A stretch of DNA of 64,000 nt, taken from the human T2T-CHM13v2.0 reference genome, Homo sapiens. Of this stretch, positions 21,645 to 34,550 are shown one piece after another. Both the position numbers and the translations under genes were made by a program. The stretch's first letter is position 1; each line of letters starts with the position of its first letter. The DNA is taken from assembly GCF_009914755.1 (NCBI RefSeq), contig NC_060939.1; one strand, 5' to 3'. Below the pieces are notes generated by a model. That model saw nothing but the letters and a program-made list of their open reading frames with translations. It did not search any database and was not told the origin of the DNA.

Positions 21645-22010
21645 GCTAGGCAATCAAGTCTCACAGATTGCTGCCTCAGAGCAATGGTTGTATTGTGGAA
21701 CACTGAAACTGTATGTGCTGTAATTTAATTTAGGACACATTTAGATGCACTACCATTGCTGTTCTACTTTTTGGTACAGGTATATTTTGACGTCACTGAT
21801 ATTTTTTATACAGTGATATACTTACTCATGGCCTTGTCTAACTTTTGTGAAGAACTATTTTATTCTAAACAGACTCATTACAAATGGTTACCTTGTTATT
21901 TAACCCATTTGTCTCTACTTTTCCCTGTACTTTTCCCATTTGTAATTTGTAAAATGTTCTCTTATGATCACCATGTATTTTGTAAATAATAAAATAGTAT
22001 CTGTTAAATT
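21645..22010 (+). other. BUB1B: BUB1B 3'UTR (end approximate)
   Basis: AU-rich sequence from the stop codon to about 15-20 nt after AATAAA. Confidence 0.85.
21988..21993 (+). terminator. BUB1B: BUB1B polyadenylation signal AATAAA
   Basis: AATAAA with several upstream TGTA (CFIm-type) motifs and a downstream GU/U-rich tract (tttgtgcttct). Confidence 0.85.
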
Positions 22011-22292
22011 TGTGCTTCTAACATGTCATGTAGTTTTTGCAAACTAAAATAACAGATGGCTTAACTTTGCAGAGATGAACTATTTTGCCATGGAAATTTA
22101 TATATCCTAGACTTCGAATTGTTACAATAGGGTTGTGATGAGACAGAGTAGCCAACTATTTCTTTAGGTGGGTCTGACCTTCCAATAAGTGGTCTAGACT
22201 GAAAAGTAGGTAAGATGATATGCATAAGACCAAATATCCTTCAATTTCAAGTGGCATGATTGTATACATGGCTTATGTTTTAATGTTTTCAC

Positions 22293-22551
22293 TTTTTTGG
22301 AGACAGGGTGTCCTCTGTTGCCCAGGCTATAGCCTTGATTTCCCAGGCTCTGGCAATTTTCCCACCTCAGCCTCCCAAGTAGTTGGGAGCACAGGCGCAC
22401 ACCACCACATCTGGCTAATTTTTTGTATTTTTGTAGAGATGGGATTTCGCCACAGTGCCCAGGCTGGTCTCAAACTCCTGGGCTCAAGTGATCTGCCCAC
22501 CTCGGCTGCCCAAAGTGCTGAGATTACAGGCGTGAGCCACCATGCCCGGCC
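22293..22551 (-). mobile_element. Alu (AluJ-like, with a deletion)
   Basis: Antisense; TSD-like taatg(t/c)tttcactttt. Confidence 0.85.
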
Positions 22552-22956
22552 CTAATGCTTTCACTTTTATCCACCAAGCTCCTTGGTCTATTTATATAAT
22601 CTAGTGGCACTGCTGCTGGGGTCTTTTGATTAGGAATGTGACTGTTAGAAAGTAAAAGCAAATGTGTTAAACAGGGTTTAGCAACCTTTCAGAAATGGAA
22701 TAATCACCATTCTATTACATGCAGAATGACTTGGAGGGGGCAAGGGTCAGTGAAGGAATAAAAGGAAATTTTGCTTGAAAGATTTGAGGAAGCAGGAGGT
22801 CAGAATAAAACGATAACTTTGAAGTATGAAATAGTTTGGAAGAGAATAGGCCTAGATAAAGTATTGGACTCCCAAAGGGAAGCGTGAATTACACCTGGCC
22901 TCAGGGATAGGGAAGAAAATTGGTAGAAAAAGGCAATGAAAATTATCCAACTATCA

Positions 22957-23257
22957 GCCGGGCACCGTGACTCATGCCTGTAATCCCAGCACTTTGGGAG
23001 GCCAAGGAGGGAGATTCATGTGAGACCAGGAGTTTGAGAGCTGCCCGGGCAACAAAGTGAGCCCCATCTCTACAAAAAATAAAAATAAACATAAATTAGT
23101 TGGGTGCAGTGGCACTTGCCTATAGTCCTAGCTGCTTGGGAAGCTGAGGCGAAAGGATTGCTTGAGCCTGGGAGTTCAAGGTTTAGTGAGCATGATTGCG
23201 CCATTGCACTCTTGCTCCGGGCGACAGAACAAGACTCTGCCTCTAACAAAAAAAGGA
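22957..23257 (+). mobile_element. Alu (AluJ-like)
   Basis: Sense dimer. Confidence 0.85.
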
Positions 23258-24715
23258 AAGAAAATTATCTAATTATCTATTTCATATCTAAATACCAAAA
23301 TTATCTAATGTTCCTCCTTGCTAGTGCCTTATTTTTTTTTTACTCTAGTTGTCACTGTTACTGCTCTAAGATTGCTGGAAAGCAAAAAATCCTACGTATG
23401 TCTCAACTAAAAATATTTAAGCATATATAGTTGAAGCACTGCAACATGACTTGGATCTGAAAGATAATCAACTTAGAAATATTTGCTCTTAACCAAAATA
23501 CAGCTCTCCAAACATTCTCACATTTGCTTCTTATACTGATGATGTAAAATGATATATCTGTATCTTTTACATAATCAAGCCCCTCTCCTCTCTGCTCTCC
23601 TCATTTCTCAGTTCACTGTGTTGACACATGAAGTTATTACTCTGAGACTGGACAGAAAATTTAGATTTATTCTTAATATAGGCTTAGCTACTATGTAGTG
23701 AATAGCAACCTTGACAGCAGGCTGCTGTGAAGTAAAGCTTTGTTTCTGGAGTAGGCTGTGAGGAAAGGGAGGGGAATCTGAGGAAACTACTTTGTTAGAG
23801 AACTTGCATCTGTTTTGCCACCCCTCCCTTCCATTCCAATCTCTTCCAACCCCAGCCCTTTGTAGAGAGGAGAAAAGTTTACCTGACCATTTAGGACTTA
23901 CAATTGTCTTAGGTTTTCAGTTTGCCTAAGCATAAAACCACAAAGTGAGATCCTTTACATTTCCCTTATATTTTATGCTTATTTGTCTTGGGAGAAGGAA
24001 GCCTTTCCTTTTTGGCAGAAGTTTCAAATGGTTCTTATTTCTTGTCTCACTAAGGCAGTAATAGCATAGTGATGGACCTGGTTGGGTAGTGGGGGACAGC
24101 TGAAAAGGCAGGAGTTTTACTTTTGTTTGAAAAGAGACCACATCACATATAGCATCTCACCATTCACAAAGTGTACATCCACCGATACTACTCCACTGTT
24201 AGAGCCTTCGTCCTCCTATGGCAGTAGTATAAGAAACCTTCCACCAAGTCAGAGTGCTCTAACTGATGCCAAACCTAAACCTGGAAATAAAGATTTTCCT
24301 GGAGCAGTAAGACTTCAGACTGTTGGTTGAGCTATTATCTCAAGGTAGATAAGAAAGCCTTTCAGAAGGTGAGCACAAGGTTCTTTGAAATAACTCATTG
24401 GTGTCTTTAAGCTGAAGCCTTTAAGCAAAGACAGCAAAGAAATTGCATCTGAAAATGAGGAATTCTTCCAACTGCACCAGTTCTTTCTAATGTGCCAAAA
24501 TTAGCTTCTAATTTGGCTCCTAAAATAAAGGTTTCCCTAGTGAGGAGAATGCATTTAAAAAAATTTTTTTTGTAATATGGCAAACTTCTACCTTAACGGG
24601 GTCCTTGGTTCTACCAGAGACATAAGAAGCTATGAATATTTAATAGGACAAAGATGGCATTTTAAGTCAGTATGTGAAAAGATTATTTAATAACTGGTGT
24701 TAAAACAATGGATTA

Positions 24716-25020
<305 letters not shown>

Positions 25021-25494
25021 CAACCCACAATGGATTAAAGCTTGAACTCTATCTCCATTGACACTACTAGTTCATATAGCACCTTCGTGCAAATTAGAAA
25101 AGGCCCCTTCCTTTAGTGGATTCAGTACCTCCCAATGCACCATACCTTGACTGAATTTCAGTCCCCACTTACCCCCTCAGCCTGGTACCCTTGTGCAGCA
25201 AATACATTGTGCAGTCTTATGCATTGATCTTGCCTGTTTCACTGCTTATCCCCAAAATAATTTTGGAGAAATCAGAAATTTTAATCAAAATACAATGTAA
25301 TAGATGGTTTTGCAATCTTTTGCCTGTGTGACATAAAAGCAAGATATAAACCAGAAGATTGCTATTACTATAGTAGATAAAAAATTAAATATAGGATGGA
25401 TACCTATCCTCCCCTCCAAAAAAATTAAAACCATAAATTCAAACTAGGAACATTTACTGGCAACAAATATTTACATCTTTTTTTGCCTCGACTC

Positions 25495-25635
25495 AGGGAT
25501 CTTGCTTTGTCGCCCAGGCTGCAATGCAGTGGTAAGAAGATCAACTCCTGGTTTCAGGCCTCCCAAGTAGCTGGGAGTCTCGGTGCACGCCACCACACCT
25601 GGCTAATTTTTTTAATCTTTAGTAGAGACAAAGTC
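25495..25635 (-). mobile_element. Degraded Alu fragment
   Basis: tcttgctttgtcgcccaggctg...ctaatttt...tagtagagac. Confidence 0.7.
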
Positions 25636-25719
25636 TTGCTGTGTTGTCCAGGCTTGCATCCACTTTCATCTGGTCTCATGACTCTGTTGTTCCTACCCAC
25701 CTCCAGCCAAATCAGAACC

Positions 25720-26260
25720 CTCCAAAGACTTTACCATGGCCTATAAGACCCCACCCTATCTGACCCCACTCTCTCTGACCTCCTCCCGGACTCCCCTCTT
25801 CCTCACCCACACTGCTGTAGGCGGCCTCCTTGTTGCTTCTCAAATGTGCCAACTAATTTCCCTCTCCCTCTCTTTAAAGCCTTTTGGCTTTTAAGGCCAG
25901 TTGTTTTTTGGCCTTGTTTTCCTTGATCTTCATGTAAATTACTCCCTTTCTTCCTTTCAGGTAGGTGTCTTCTCCAATCTCCACTCTATCAGAGAGGCTG
26001 TCCCTGACCATTCTGTACACTGCACAGAATAGCATCCCATCCCACACACACTGCTATCACTTTCTATCCCTTTTTACCCTCCTTTATTTTTCTATTGCAC
26101 CTGTCACCGCCTCGTGCGTGTGTCTGTGTTGTGTGTGTGCGTGTATACATACACTTTTTTTTCTTTATCTCTCTACTAGAATTTAAACTCCTTAAGGGTG
26201 GGGATTTTCTTTGTTTCCTGTTTGACTGCACTGTCTAGAACAGTGCCTGAATGAATAAAA
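25720..26260 (+). mobile_element. L2 3' fragment
   Basis: ctactagaatttaaactccttaaggg...tctagaacagtgcctgaatgaata. Confidence 0.6.
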
Positions 26261-28159
26261 CTGTTTTACCTAAAGTACAAAAAACTCTTAAAAATAAAAA
26301 ATTGATAAAAGAAACAAAGGACATGAACAATCCACTAAAACATTTTAATGGCTCATATACATGAGATGTTCATTCCTAATTAAATAAAATGCAAAATAAA
26401 TGAGAAATTGTCATACACTCTAAATGGTTGAAAATTGTATTTGTAAGGATGATAAGAAACAGGCATTCATATATTATTAATTGGGATGCAGATTGGTACA
26501 TTATTAGAAGTTGATTTGGCAAAAGTCACTTAAATATTCCCTTTAGCTGAGAAATTTTCCTAAGAATTTATCTCACAAAAGCATTGACACAGGAGCTCAG
26601 AGAAAGCACTGTTTCTAACACTTGTCCTGTCTGCTTCCAAGACTCGACAGTCCCCAGAGGGATAATCCACGTGACAGACCCCAGGAAGGTAGTGCTTGCA
26701 CTAGTGCAGAGGCGCTGGCAAGCCATCTCTGTAGGCTTCAGGGTGCCTCACCATTGGCAGGGAACGCCCTTCCAATTTGCCATGAGCCCTTGTAGATGGC
26801 AGAACCTGAGAGATAGGCAGACATTTTCAGCCTATGTAGGGAAAAAAGCCGTGGGGAAAAAGTGATTGCCTTTGGTGGGGAGAGTGTATGGGAGTGGAGA
26901 GAGGAAAGAATGAAGGCTCTTACTTTTCAATTTGTACATTTATAAGCATTTTGAATTTTCTGACCATGTACATGAATTGCTTTTTTAAAAAATGTACTGG
27001 GTTAATCTAGGCTAAGAAATTATAGGCCATGTTTTTGCCATCTTTTCCCTCCTCTATGTTGTAAAAACTAAGCCTTGTTAAGTGTTCGTTTTTTAAAAAA
27101 CTGGGACTTTGGAAAGCTTTATTATCTAAACATGAAAGCAAGGTTGATATGGAATTCAAATGAAAGTAAAAATAATTTTAAATCATTGAAGATAATATAT
27201 CTGAGCTTTTATTTTTAGTATATGAAAATTCATGTTTAAATGTTTTATACTGTTCTATTAGAGATATGCTTTGTAACATTACCATCTTCCTACTATTACA
27301 ACTTCCTATGTCTGTGAACAAATTATGTATCAAATTATGTAAAGTCCAACTCTTTTCAACACAAAATACATTTTTTATGGCTTTCATATAAAAACTTGAG
27401 TTTTCACAAAGTGATGTATGTTTAAGAAAAGAACAAACAGTGATGAACTTAGGCTAAACTTCTATAGACATGTGCTTTTTTTCCATCAAAACATATTACT
27501 TCCAATAATCTTGCTCCTTAGAGGCTTGTGCGGCAAACCTTTGACTTATGAATAGTATCATCCTGTAAATTCATGTTAGCCTTTCCATAGGAAATTGTGG
27601 TTGTCCTGTCAAACTGCTAGTTTTTAAGCCCCTTGTGAGCAGGGGACTATGTGTCTATTAATTTTATATACTCCCAGAAATGAGCTCATGGGTCTTAAAA
27701 ATAAGTAGTGAATTAAAATATTGGAAAAGAGCAGCCACAAGTTCAGAAAGTAGTTACATTGGCACCTTGGTGAGAGGGAAAGATATCTGAGTGAGTCTCT
27801 AGATGTAGCTGAAGGTGTAATCTCACTTTCATTTTTAGTATGCCACTTTATACATGTTTCTTTAACATGTAATAATTGACTGCTGACCTTACATTGCAAT
27901 ACACTTCACTGTCCTGTTTACACCTTTTTCAATTAAATGTTATTTTCACAAGTATATTCCACTGAAATGTGTACTGTATTTCCTATTAAATTGCATCAGT
28001 CTTGAAATTAAAGTGAGGATGGCATTTCATAAAAAAATACCAGTTAAAATCTGTGGACAAAAAGATATGCATTTTATTTGTTTTCTTTTTTAAAACTTTT
28101 TTTTTTTTTTTGGCATTTTAAAGCCTAGCTGTCTTCCCACCCCCCCGCATCCCCCCACC

Positions 28160-28277
28160 AAGAGATGGGGTTTCACCATGTTGCCCAGGCTGGTCTCGAA
28201 CTCCTGAGCTCAAGCAGTTTGCCCACCTTGGCCTCCCGAAATGCTGGGACTACAGGCATGAGCCACCGTGCCTGGCC
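28160..28277 (-). mobile_element. Alu left-arm fragment
   Basis: agagatggggtttcaccatgttgcccagg...cctggcc. Confidence 0.8.
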
Positions 28278-28773
28278 CTTATTTGTTTCCTTTTGCATTT
28301 TAAACAAAATTGAAAAATCTGATAACCCTAGAACAAAGTGATAACACAATTTAAAAAGATGACAAGCATGAAGCTTCAGTGATATTGTCTCTTTCAAGGA
28401 AATGATAGCTAAGGGTGAATGAGTGTGCAGTGAGTCCAGAGTCCCAGCGAGTCCAGGGGGTCAGGCTGGCAGAAATATGAGTGAGGCAGAGTAGACAAAA
28501 GCTAACTAGCGTGGCCAGGAGAGACCTTTTCAGACCAACTGTACCCCATCACTGAACAGATATAAAAGCCATTGCTTAGGACTCACTCAGACCGGCATGT
28601 TCAATATCCTAGCATATGGACCAGTGGTTGAGGTTCCATGGTATAGGCCATTGGGGGCAGCTGCATAGCTCCTCCCTGTACCATTCCTCTGCTACATTTT
28701 ATTATGTATTGCGTTGGACTTGTCTCTATGTATGGCCTTACCTCTCCAACTCATATGAGTTTGTTGGGGGCAA

Positions 28774-29075
<302 letters not shown>

Positions 29076-29969
29076 AGCAAGTTCTCTTTTTATGCCCTGG
29101 TTAGGACTTCAGTATAGTGCTCACATTATAAGGGGTTGACTTTACAGGCCCAAGGTCTGCTTAGAACCTTCTCAGCATTGAGATGGCTCTCTGCCTATGG
29201 TACCAAAGCAAACACTAGCATGGTGGCTAGAAATTCTGCCTTTAGCCAGAATATCTGGACTTGAATCCTAGCTGTGTAGCAGTGGACAAGTTAACCTCTC
29301 TGAGCCAGTGTCATCTATAAAATGAGGATAACTGAAGTGCCTACTTTACGGAGTATTGAGAACTGAAGCTTTAAGTACGCATACTTGTAGATGTTTGTAT
29401 TGATTTAGTTCTAATGTTTAATGGCCTAAGGTTCTCTGGAAACCTCTCAAGTAATTTGAGATCTCAGCTGGTTGATCGGAGCCTTACTATCTTTTGACTT
29501 AATGTGCACAGTGTAGCTAAACCTGTGATATAATAAAGGTAAGTGAAACAAATGTAGTATTCTGTAATTTAGAGATAAGGGAAAATTAGTTGTTTCTATC
29601 AGGATAAGTTTCAGGGAACCAAATATTTGTACTTAAAGAGATAGTCCTTAAGATCAGCCAAATACCAAGGTATCAGGAAAGTCCATCCAGTCCCCATTCT
29701 CATTCCACAAGGCCGTTTCAGCCCAGAGGACCTCTGGCTTGCAGCTGGGCTGCTTCTGTGCCATGTTCAGAGTGCAGAGATCTTTAAAAGGCTGACTTGG
29801 GTCCTGTTTGCTCCAAGGTACCAGGCAGGGTCTTGCTGCCCACCAGCCACTTACAGGTGCATCTCAGTCTTCCCCTCTCCAACCAGGAGAAATGGCTTTC
29901 TAGCTTAGGGGCATGGCCTACTGATCCCATTTAAGGCATCTAGTCCCTTCCTGAGACTCTTGTTGCTAG

Positions 29970-30644
29970 AGCATCTAGCCACACAACAATGTTGCGGTCA
30001 ACAGTGAACCTCATATCTGACTGTGGTCTCATAAGATATAATACCAAAAATTTACTGTACCTTTTCTATGTTTAAATATGTTTACTTTTTACTTTTATTA
30101 TTTTTTGAGACAAGGTCTCACTCTGTTGCAGGCTGGAGTGTGGTGACATGATCAGAGCTCACTTCAGCTCCATCTTCTAGGCTTAAGCGATTCTCCCACC
30201 TAAGCCTCCCAAGTAGCTGGGACTACAGGTGTGTGCTACCACACCTGGCTAACTTTCTTTTTTTAAAATTAGAGACGGTGTTTCACAATGTTGCCTAGGC
30301 GGGTCTCAAACTCCTGAACTCAAGGGATCCTCCCACCTCGGCCTCCCAAAGTGCTGGTATTACAGGTATGAGCAACTGCCTGCAGCCTAAATATGTTTAG
30401 ATACACAAATGCATACCTTTGTGTCACAACTGCCTACTGTATTCAGTACAGTAACGTGCTGTGCAGGTTGTAGCCTAGGGGCAAGAGGCTACACCATATA
30501 GTCTAGGTGTGTAGTAGGTTTAGACCATCTAAGTTTGTGTAACTACACTCTGATGTTTGCACAATGAAACTACCTAACAACGCATTTCTCAGAATGTATC
30601 TCTGTCATTAAGCTAGTATCTGTCATTAAGCAATGCACGACTGT
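29970..30644 (+). mobile_element. Tigger3a/MER7-type DNA transposon, interrupted by an Alu
   Basis: tttactgtaccttttctatgttta...tattcagtacagtaac...gcatttctcagaatgtatc...gcacgactg. Confidence 0.75.
30090..30387 (-). mobile_element. Alu (AluJ-like) inside the Tigger; TSD taaatatgttta
   Basis: Antisense dimer. Confidence 0.87.
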
Positions 30645-31218
30645 ATTTCTATTTTATGCTCTCCTACATCCCTCACCTGAGCCAATGAATAAAAGGCGAT
30701 CACTTGCTTAATAGGAAAAAGGAAAGGGGAAAATAATAGGAAGCCCTGTGAACTCAATTCAGGAACTGGAAAACCTGGGCTCAACAGCTGCTTAGATTAG
30801 GTCACTGCCTTTGCTTGCCCATCTAAACTATTACTGATGGCTCCTACCCCAAAGGGTTCTTATGAGAATGAACACAAGACAGGAGGTGAGCATGGAAGTT
30901 CCTTGGCTTAGAACAAGCAGTGTCTGCTTCCCCAGCATCCAGCCCAGGGCAAGGCACATGGGAGGCAGTAGGAGCTGGTGCAAACCACTGGTGAATCTAA
31001 GCCACTGTTGAGAGAGATGCCTGACATTCTTATTCACTCAGGCCTGCAGCTGCAACCTGTTGACTCCTGTTTTACTCTTTGTTGAACACAGAAATGTGTT
31101 CATTTTTGCCCTCCAGGGCAGCAAATAATATCTTGGAATGTGGCAAAAAAGATAAGCCCCTATATATTAAGTTTTACTGTGGCCTCCACAGTGATGATGG
31201 ATACCACGAAGAATATAA

Positions 31219-31595
<377 letters not shown>

Positions 31596-32261
31596 CAGGC
31601 CACAACACTTAAAAGCCAAGATAATATATGAGAGAAATAAGTCAGTCAAAAACGGACATCTCGAGGGAAGCCATGAGCAGTAGCTGATGGAGTGGAGCGG
31701 TGTATATGTTAGACTGAACTAAGGGCTAGTGTGGCATGATAGGGGCTGGAGCTGGCTTATATTAGGTAGTTTTCAGCTGCAGAAAAACCCAGAAGAACAA
31801 CCAAAATATCTTAAGTGGTAAGAATATCTGTTATTTCACATAACAGCAAACCTGGAGCTCAGAAGTTCATGCGGGGCCCAAGTTGTTTCCACCTGCCTAT
31901 TCCTCCGTCCTCAGCATGCTGGCTTTTGTCCTCGAGCTGGTTCCCTTGTGGGTCTCAGTTGGCTACCACAGTTCCAAGTTCCTCAACAACTTGGAGCAGC
32001 ATAAGAAAACTTTCTCCCAAAACCCTCCCAGCTGGCTTCCTCGCGTGTCTCTTGGCCAGATTGTCACATATGTGAGCCTACACCAATCCCTGGCAAAGGG
32101 AAGGGCGTTACCAAGATTGGTTTAAACTTAAGATTCACCCCTAAGGGCTGGGGCTGGGGAGGGGCCTTTCGCTGGGTACACAGTTAGGAGAGGAGTGTAC
32201 ATTCTAATAAATTGGGTTTCTTCCAGCAAGGGTGGTGAGATGGATTTAGAAAGGCAACCAA

Positions 32262-32402
32262 GCTGGGCATGGTGGTTCACACCTGTAATCCCAGCTACTC
32301 ACGAGGCTGAGGTGGGAGGATCAGTTGATCCCAGGAGTTTGAGGTTACTGTGAGCTATGATGGCACCAATACACTCCAGCCTGTGTGACAGAGAAAGACC
32401 TC
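32262..32402 (+). mobile_element. Alu monomer (FAM/FRAM-like)
   Basis: A single monomer. Confidence 0.7.
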
Positions 32403-32489
32403 ATTTTTTATTTTATTTTTTCTTAAAAAGCAAGCAAGTGTCTGCTATATAGGTAATGTTGTTGGGAAGGAGAAAGGAAGGATTTGGTA

Positions 32490-32830
32490 ACACAATAGCA
32501 TCCTAAACTCTGAAACGGATCGCCTGGGTTCAAACCCATGTCTTGTCATTTAATGACCTGAGTAAGTAAGTTAACACCACAATGCCTTAGTTGCATCATC
32601 TCTGAAATGGGATTATAATGGTTCCTACCCAGACTATAAATTTCATGGGGACAGGGTCTCATCTTGCTCACTGAGTTCTCCCCAGCACCTAGCAGAAAGC
32701 ATTGTACCTAGCAGGTACTCGGTAGATATTTGTTGAATGGGTTAATTGTATTGTGAGGATTAAATGAGTTAGTGTATGGCAAGGGTTCAGCACAGCACAT
32801 AATCTAAAGTATGTGCTCAAAAAAATAGTG
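32490..32830 (+). mobile_element. MIR and L2 fragments
   Basis: cctgggttcaaaccc...tctgaaatgggattataat...gtgaggattaaatgag with an embedded L2 end. Confidence 0.6.
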
Positions 32831-32871
32831 TTTCACTGCAGGCTTTGTAGAGACCTTTGGAACCCTCTTTG

Positions 32872-33165
32872 AGTGGTCCCCAATCTTTCTGGCACCAGGG
32901 ACCAGTCGCATGAAAGACAGTTTTTCCACAGATGGGGGATGGTGGGGGATGGTTTCGGGGTGAAACTAAATTCTCAACCTAGATCCCTTGCATGCGTAGT
33001 TCACAATAGTGTTCGCATGCCTATGAAAATCTAATGCCCCTTGCAGGAGGCAGAGCTCAGGCAGTAATGCATGCTTGCCTGCTGCTCACCTCCTACTATG
33101 CAGCCCGGTTCCTATCAGGCCACAGACCAGTACCAGTCCACAGCCCAGGGGCTGGGGACCCCTGG
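32872..33165 (+). mobile_element. MER1B-type (hAT-Charlie) DNA transposon
   Basis: ggtccccaa...ggcaccagggacc...aacctagatccc...ggggacccctg terminal inverted repeats. Confidence 0.8.
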
Positions 33166-34171
33166 GGTGTCTTCTGGCTCCTTTGCACTACCTATGCCAC
33201 CAGGCTTAGCAGCAGTCCTAGAAACAGGTGTATCAAGAAGACTCTGCTCCTGGTGGGCTGGGGCTGAGATGGCAGAGGCCCATCCCATCATATGCCAGAA
33301 AGAGGACACACTTGTGAGTCCAGGACTTGGGACTCTACAGTTTGCAGCTCTGCTCAGACTGGCTTCTGGGCAGCTCCTCACTTTGCCATTAACTCCTCAG
33401 AGTCAAGCCCCAGATGCCCCTTGGACCAGCCCCACTCCTAAGGTCATCTGGTCAGGGTCTGCAGGGGTGACGCTTTCACTGACAAAAGGATTTTAATTTT
33501 GGTCCTATCCCTAGTGTAGTCCCAGCCAGTCTTTGGTAGTCACCCACTTTTCCTGCTCTGACAGAGATGGGCCAGCCCCTCCCATAGGGGCTGCTCCCGG
33601 GAAAGGCTCATCCACAGGCTAGGCCTCTGCCGGGCCTGCTGCCAGCCACTGAGCCTTTGGCGATTGAGAGCTGACTCCCGACTGAGGTGTAGGCCTCCGT
33701 CCAGCCAGCACAAAGGGAGGCACATCCCTTGCAGCAGTACCCACAGCCCCTGTCACGGCAGGCTGTGGCCAGACCCTGATTGAGTGGCTCCCTCTCAGCC
33801 ATCTGTTCAGTCACCCAGAAACAAGTCAAGTCAAAGCTCCCAGTGAGTTCCTGCCTCAGCCATTTGGTGTCACAAGGAAAGCCAGGGCGTTGCCACTTCC
33901 TGATTTGGGACAAGATGTGTAAATGCATTGAGCCTCAGACTCCTTATCTGTAGAACTTGGGGTAATGATAACTACTTCATGGTGTTTTAAGAATTCCATG
34001 GAATCACAGATGGAAAGAGCCTAGATGTACTATGCCTGACTCGTTGGAGACTTCACATAAAAGGGTTTTCAGCTGCTGCCACCCCCATCTTTTAAGTATT
34101 TTCACAATTCCATACACCTGGTCCTGGCAAAAAGAATTTCATTCCCTGTTCACTTACTTGAAAACCCCTCT

Positions 34172-34550
34172 TCTTTTTTTTCGAGAGAGAGGGTCTCACT
34201 GTGTTGCCCAGGCTGGAGTGCAATGGCCAAATCTCAGCTCACTGCAGCCTCAACCTCCCACGTAGATGGGACTACAGATGTGCACCACCATGCCTGGCTA
34301 ATTTTATTTTTTGTGAGACGAGGTCTGTTGCCCAGGCTGGAGTGCAATGGCCAAATCTCAGCTCACTGCAGCCTCAACCTCCCAAGTAGATGGGACTACA
34401 GATGTGCACCACCATGCCTGGCTAATTTTATTTTTTGTGAGACGAGGTCTCACTGTTGCCTAGGCTGGTCTCGAATTCCTGGACTCCAGCAATCCTCCCG
34501 CCTTGGCCTCCCAAAGTGCCAGGATTAAGGCACGAGCCACCACGCCCAGC
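34172..34550 (-). mobile_element. AluJ-like element with an internal 124-bp tandem duplication
   Basis: Right arm is present twice (34202-34325, 34326-34449). Confidence 0.88.

Noticed and set aside
21788-21795. Perfect CRE palindrome TGACGTCA in the BUB1B 3'UTR
   Set aside because: A single 8-mer with no promoter context; another copy lies in an Alu at about 37422, so chance occurrence is plausible
33071-33496. 141-aa ATG ORF in the intergenic block
   Set aside because: The first 30 or so codons come from MER1B, there is no recognisable domain or promoter context, and the length is unremarkable at this GC content
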